In this document: positions 61,108-64,000 of the stretch, one piece after another
Numbering within the stretch: position 1 is the first letter of the stretch
How the letters are laid out: each line of letters starts with the position of its first letter
Assembly (NCBI GenBank): GCA_038745065.1
Contig: JBCDLT010000013.1
Span: forward strand, 22,790 to 86,789
Direction of reading: 5' to 3'
Source of the DNA: Pseudomonadota bacterium
Lineage (GTDB): Bacteria; Pseudomonadota; Alphaproteobacteria; Rhizobiales; JANQQB01
DNA length: 64,000 bases
Notes under the pieces: generated by a model
Seen by the model: only the letters and a program-made list of their open reading frames with translations
Told to the model about the DNA's origin: nothing
The model's database searches: none
Made by a program: the position numbers and the translations under genes

Positions 61108-62691
61108 ATGAAACATTATGCGCTCGCCCTCACGCTTGCGGCCGCTTTCGGCGTCGCGACAACGGCCGTGTCGGCACAGGAATTAACCGTCGGTGTCCGC
61201 GGCGGACCGGAATCAATGGATCCGCACTTCTCCGCGCTCGGACCGCAGGCCGATGCCGTGAAACACATCTTCGACCCGCTGGTCTGGACCGGCGACGACC
61301 TGCAGCTCGAACCCGGGCTCGCCGTGTCCTGGAAGGCGCTGGACGACGATACCTGGGAATTCAAGCTGCGCGAAGGCGTCAAGTTTCATGACGGGTCGGA
61401 CTTCACGGCCGAAGACGTGAAATTCTCGATCGAGCGCATTCCCGCTGTGACCGGTCCGACAACGACGGAAATCTATGTCCGCCGGGTCGCTTCGGTCGAC
61501 ATCGTCGATGACTTCACGCTGCACATCAACACTGACGGACCGGCCGCCACCCTGCCATTCGATTTTGTGCGTCTGTTCATTGTGTCGTCGGATGCTGCGA
61601 AGGATTATTCCACCGCGGAGACATCGGCCGAAGGGTTCAATTCCGGCAAGGCCACGATCGGGACCGGACCCTACAAGTTCGTGTCCTGGTCTCCGAAGGG
61701 CGACCTGGTGCTGGAACGGTTCGACGACCATTGGCGCGGCAAGGGTCCGTGGGAACGCGTGGTCCGCAAGGAAATCTCTGACGATTCCTCCCGTCTGGCC
61801 GCTCTGAAGGCGGGCGATGTGGACGTCATCAATTATGTCTCGTCGGCGGACTATCTGGCGCTCGGCAGCGACCCGAAGATCGAAACCTTCATCGGCGATT
61901 CCGTCTATGTCATGAACCTGCAGCTCGACCAGCGCGACAGCACACCCAAGGTCCGCGCCAAGGGCGGTGGTGCGCTGGAAGGCAATCCGTTCCAGGATGC
62001 CCGCGTGCGCGAAGCCATCGATATGGCGATCGATCGCGAGACCATGGTCGAGATCGTTCTTGAGGGCCTCGGCACGCCGGCCAATCAATTGATGCCGGCC
62101 GGTTTCTTCGGTTCTTCGGAGAAGATTCCGACCCCGGTCTATGATCCGGCCAAAGCCAAGGAACTGCTCGCCGACGCCGGCTATCCGGATGGGTTCGAGA
62201 TGGACCTGTTTTGCACCAACGACCGGTTGCCGGGCGATGGCGCGATCTGCGAGGCGCTTGGCCAGATGTTTTCCCAGATCGGCATCGACACCAATGTCAA
62301 CGCGATTTCCAAGACGGTCTACTTCCCGACCCAGGCCCGCAAGGAATATTCCGCCTTCATGAACGGCTGGGGCACGTTGACCGGTGAGGCTTCCTACACG
62401 CTCGGATCGCTGGCCCATTCGCCGAACGAAGCCGTCAAGATGGGCGCTTTCAACCGGATCGAATACAAGAACGACGAAGTCGACCGCCTGATGCAGGAAG
62501 GCGTCAAGGAACTCGACGCCGACAAGCGGCGCGCCCTGTTCGAACAGGCCATGGAAAAGACCATGGCGGACCGGGCCTATATTTCCATCGTCGTATTGCA
62601 GAGCGTCTGGGCTGGTGCCAAGGACAAGGTCGTGGTGCCGACCCGGGCCGACGAGGAGACCCAGGCCTTCTTCATTCAGCCGGCCGGGTGA
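61108..62691 (+). CDS. ABC transporter substrate-binding protein, family 5 (peptide/opine/nickel type)
   Basis: Internal ATG (codon 60 of ORF 60931..62691). Signal peptide ALTLAAAFGVATTAVSAQE. LTVGVRGGPESMDPH. Confidence 0.85.
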   Translation: MKHYALALTLAAAFGVATTAVSAQELTVGVRGGPESMDPHFSALGPQADAVKHIFDPLVWTGDDLQLEPGLAVSWKALDDDTWEFKLREGVKFHDGSDFTAEDVKFSIERIPAVTGPTTTEIYVRRVASVDIVDDFTLHINTDGPAATLPFDFVRLFIVSSDAAKDYSTAETSAEGFNSGKATIGTGPYKFVSWSPKGDLVLERFDDHWRGKGPWERVVRKEISDDSSRLAALKAGDVDVINYVSSADYLALGSDPKIETFIGDSVYVMNLQLDQRDSTPKVRAKGGGALEGNPFQDARVREAIDMAIDRETMVEIVLEGLGTPANQLMPAGFFGSSEKIPTPVYDPAKAKELLADAGYPDGFEMDLFCTNDRLPGDGAICEALGQMFSQIGIDTNVNAISKTVYFPTQARKEYSAFMNGWGTLTGEASYTLGSLAHSPNEAVKMGAFNRIEYKNDEVDRLMQEGVKELDADKRRALFEQAMEKTMADRAYISIVVLQSVWAGAKDKVVVPTRADEETQAFFIQPAG

Positions 62692-62710
62692 CAGGCTCCC
62701 TCCTCGCATC

Positions 62711-62738
62711 GGGGCCGCGGCATCGCCGCGGCCCTTTT
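62711..62738 (+). terminator. rho-independent terminator / attenuator after the SBP gene
   Basis: GGGCCGCGGC-atc-GCCGCGGCCC (10-bp perfect stem) followed by TTTTT. Confidence 0.65.
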
Positions 62739-62858
62739 TCGGACCAAAGGCCCCTTCCGTTGATTGCCGCTGTCCGCGATGATGGCGCGCATTGCTGCGT
62801 GCGACCGGATGTACCGTGCCGATCGGTCCGATCCGCCGCCTCGGGATAAAAGGCGATC

Positions 62859-63833
62859 ATGGCCGGATTCATCCTGCAACGTCTGCTTCAGGGCATCGTC
62901 ATCATGATCGTGATGTCGATGATCGTGTTCGGCGGCATCCATGCGATCGGCAATCCCATGGACGTGCTGATCCCGCCGGAAGCCACCCAGGACGTTCGGG
63001 AACGCACCATTGCCCGGTTCGGCCTCGACAAGTCGCTGGTCGAGCAATACGTGATTTTTGTCCGCAACCTTCTGCAGGGCGATCTCGGGCGGTCCTACAT
63101 CTATAATGAGCCGGTTCTTCAGCTCATCGCCAACCGGTTTCCGGCAACCATCGAACTCGTGTTTACAGCGGTACTCGGCGCTCTTTTGATCGGCGTCCCG
63201 CTTGGTGTCTATGCCGGCTATCGGCCGGACAGCCTTGGGGCGCGGCTCATCATGAGTGTATCGATCCTCGGCTTTTCGGTGCCGACCTTCTGGGTTGGCC
63301 TTATCCTGATACTCACCTTCGCGGTCAATCTGGGCTGGCTGCCGTCGGGCGGGCGCGGCGACACGGTGGAAGTCTTCGGCATCGGCTGGAGCGTGCTGAC
63401 GGTCAACGGCTGGTCGCATCTCGTCATGCCGGCCACCAACCTGGCGCTCTTCAAGCTCGCCATCATGATCCGGCTCGCCCGCGCCGGAACCCGCGAGATC
63501 ATGTTGACCGACACGGTCAAGTTCGCCCGCGCCGCCGGCCTCTCGGAAGCCACGATCCTGTCCCGGCACGTTTTGAAACTGATCGCCATTCCGATCGTGA
63601 CCGTGTTCGGCCTGGAACTGGCTTCCACGCTTGCCTTTGCCGTGGTGACCGAAACCATCTTCTCCTGGCCGGGGGTCGGCAAGCTGATCATCGATTCCAT
63701 CAAGAATCTCGACCGACCGGTTATGGTGGCCTACCTGATCCTGACAGCCGGATTGTTCGTGACGGTCAATCTGGTCGTCGACATCGTCTATGCGGTTCTC
63801 GATCCGCGCCTGCGCCGGAGAGCGGCCACATGA
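62859..63833 (+). CDS. ABC transporter permease (DppB/OppB-like)
   Basis: 324 aa. MAGFILQRLLQGIVIMIVMSMIVF N-terminus and overall DppB pattern. Confidence 0.9.
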   Translation: MAGFILQRLLQGIVIMIVMSMIVFGGIHAIGNPMDVLIPPEATQDVRERTIARFGLDKSLVEQYVIFVRNLLQGDLGRSYIYNEPVLQLIANRFPATIELVFTAVLGALLIGVPLGVYAGYRPDSLGARLIMSVSILGFSVPTFWVGLILILTFAVNLGWLPSGGRGDTVEVFGIGWSVLTVNGWSHLVMPATNLALFKLAIMIRLARAGTREIMLTDTVKFARAAGLSEATILSRHVLKLIAIPIVTVFGLELASTLAFAVVTETIFSWPGVGKLIIDSIKNLDRPVMVAYLILTAGLFVTVNLVVDIVYAVLDPRLRRRAAT

Positions 63834-64000
63834 CCGCGCCAATCAAAGGGCCGGGCGCCGTTTCTCCGTGGCGCGCGTTCTGGGTCAGGTTCCGCGAGGA
63901 CCGGATCGCAATGGCCGCGCTCTTCGTCGTCGGGCTGATGCTTATCCTTGCGGTGCTGGCCCCCTGGATCACGCCGCAGGATCCCTATGACCTGTCCGGT
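63830..64000 (+). CDS. ABC transporter permease (DppC/OppC-like), 3' end beyond the window
   Basis: Hand translation from the ATG overlapping the previous stop (ATGA) gives MTAPIKGPGAVSPWRAFWVRFREDRIAMAALFVVGLMLILAVLAPWITPQDPYDLSG. No stop before the window end. Confidence 0.75.
   Translation, partial: MTAPIKGPGAVSPWRAFWVRFREDRIAMAALFVVGLMLILAVLAPWITPQDPYDLSG

Noticed and set aside
1-64000. Search for CRISPR arrays, IS elements or transposases, integrases, phage or defence genes, toxin-antitoxin pairs, rRNA and tRNA.
   Set aside because: I saw no regularly spaced repeats, no terminal inverted repeats flanking a transposase-like ORF, no recombinase motifs and no compositional island. GC content looks uniform except for short AT-rich promoter regions.

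Overview
High-GC (roughly 62-65%) chromosomal segment. Gene content suggests an alphaproteobacterium, probably Rhizobiales or Rhodobacterales: DUF992, PAS_5/DUF1457, many TRAP and ABC importers, a pqq operon. I support about 66 protein-coding genes. Many are translationally coupled through ATGA/GTGA/TGATG start-stop overlaps. I found no rRNA, tRNA, CRISPR array, transposase, integrase or phage genes.

Layout:
1. 3-2414: aryl-CoA ligase and gentisate 1,2-dioxygenase.
2. 2486-4268: DUF992, TetR and cupin.
3. 4274-20081: a divergon controlled by a HutC-type GntR regulator. One arm carries an M24 hydrolase and a tautomerase/NTF2 fusion. The other arm is a roughly 13 kb operon encoding a Liv-type ABC importer, LeuCD-like dehydratase, PEP-mutase/isocitrate-lyase-family enzyme, hydantoinase B/A, a Cys-less isochorismatase-family protein and a flavoprotein.
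4. 20938-27818: an aromatic-type operon with FAH, RutE-like, OsmC, TRAP DctPQM, an intradiol dioxygenase and GntR.
5. 27955-29449: YciI and a secreted MBL-fold protein.
6. 29486-32582: three sensor/regulator genes.
7. 32614-39417: a creatininase, amino-acid ABC, CMD, 2OG-oxygenase, XRE-cupin and NicX/M29-like cluster.
8. 39503-44902: ABC-2 exporter, S9 peptidase and MFS.
9. rpsU and a desaturase.
10. 47246-50529: pqqABCDE. This includes a 31-codon pqqA that the ORF track misses.
11. DMT, M48, HAD and a tandem Zn-ADH pair.
12. 56007-64000: a MarR-led operon (creatininase, KPR-like, SDR, M20) divergent from a Dpp-type ABC importer.

The best candidate for an undescribed system is the GntR-controlled operon at 7050-20081. 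I do not recognise its enzyme combination as a characterised pathway. Novelty cannot be established here without database searches. All functional calls rest on motif and family recognition by eye from the translated ORFs.
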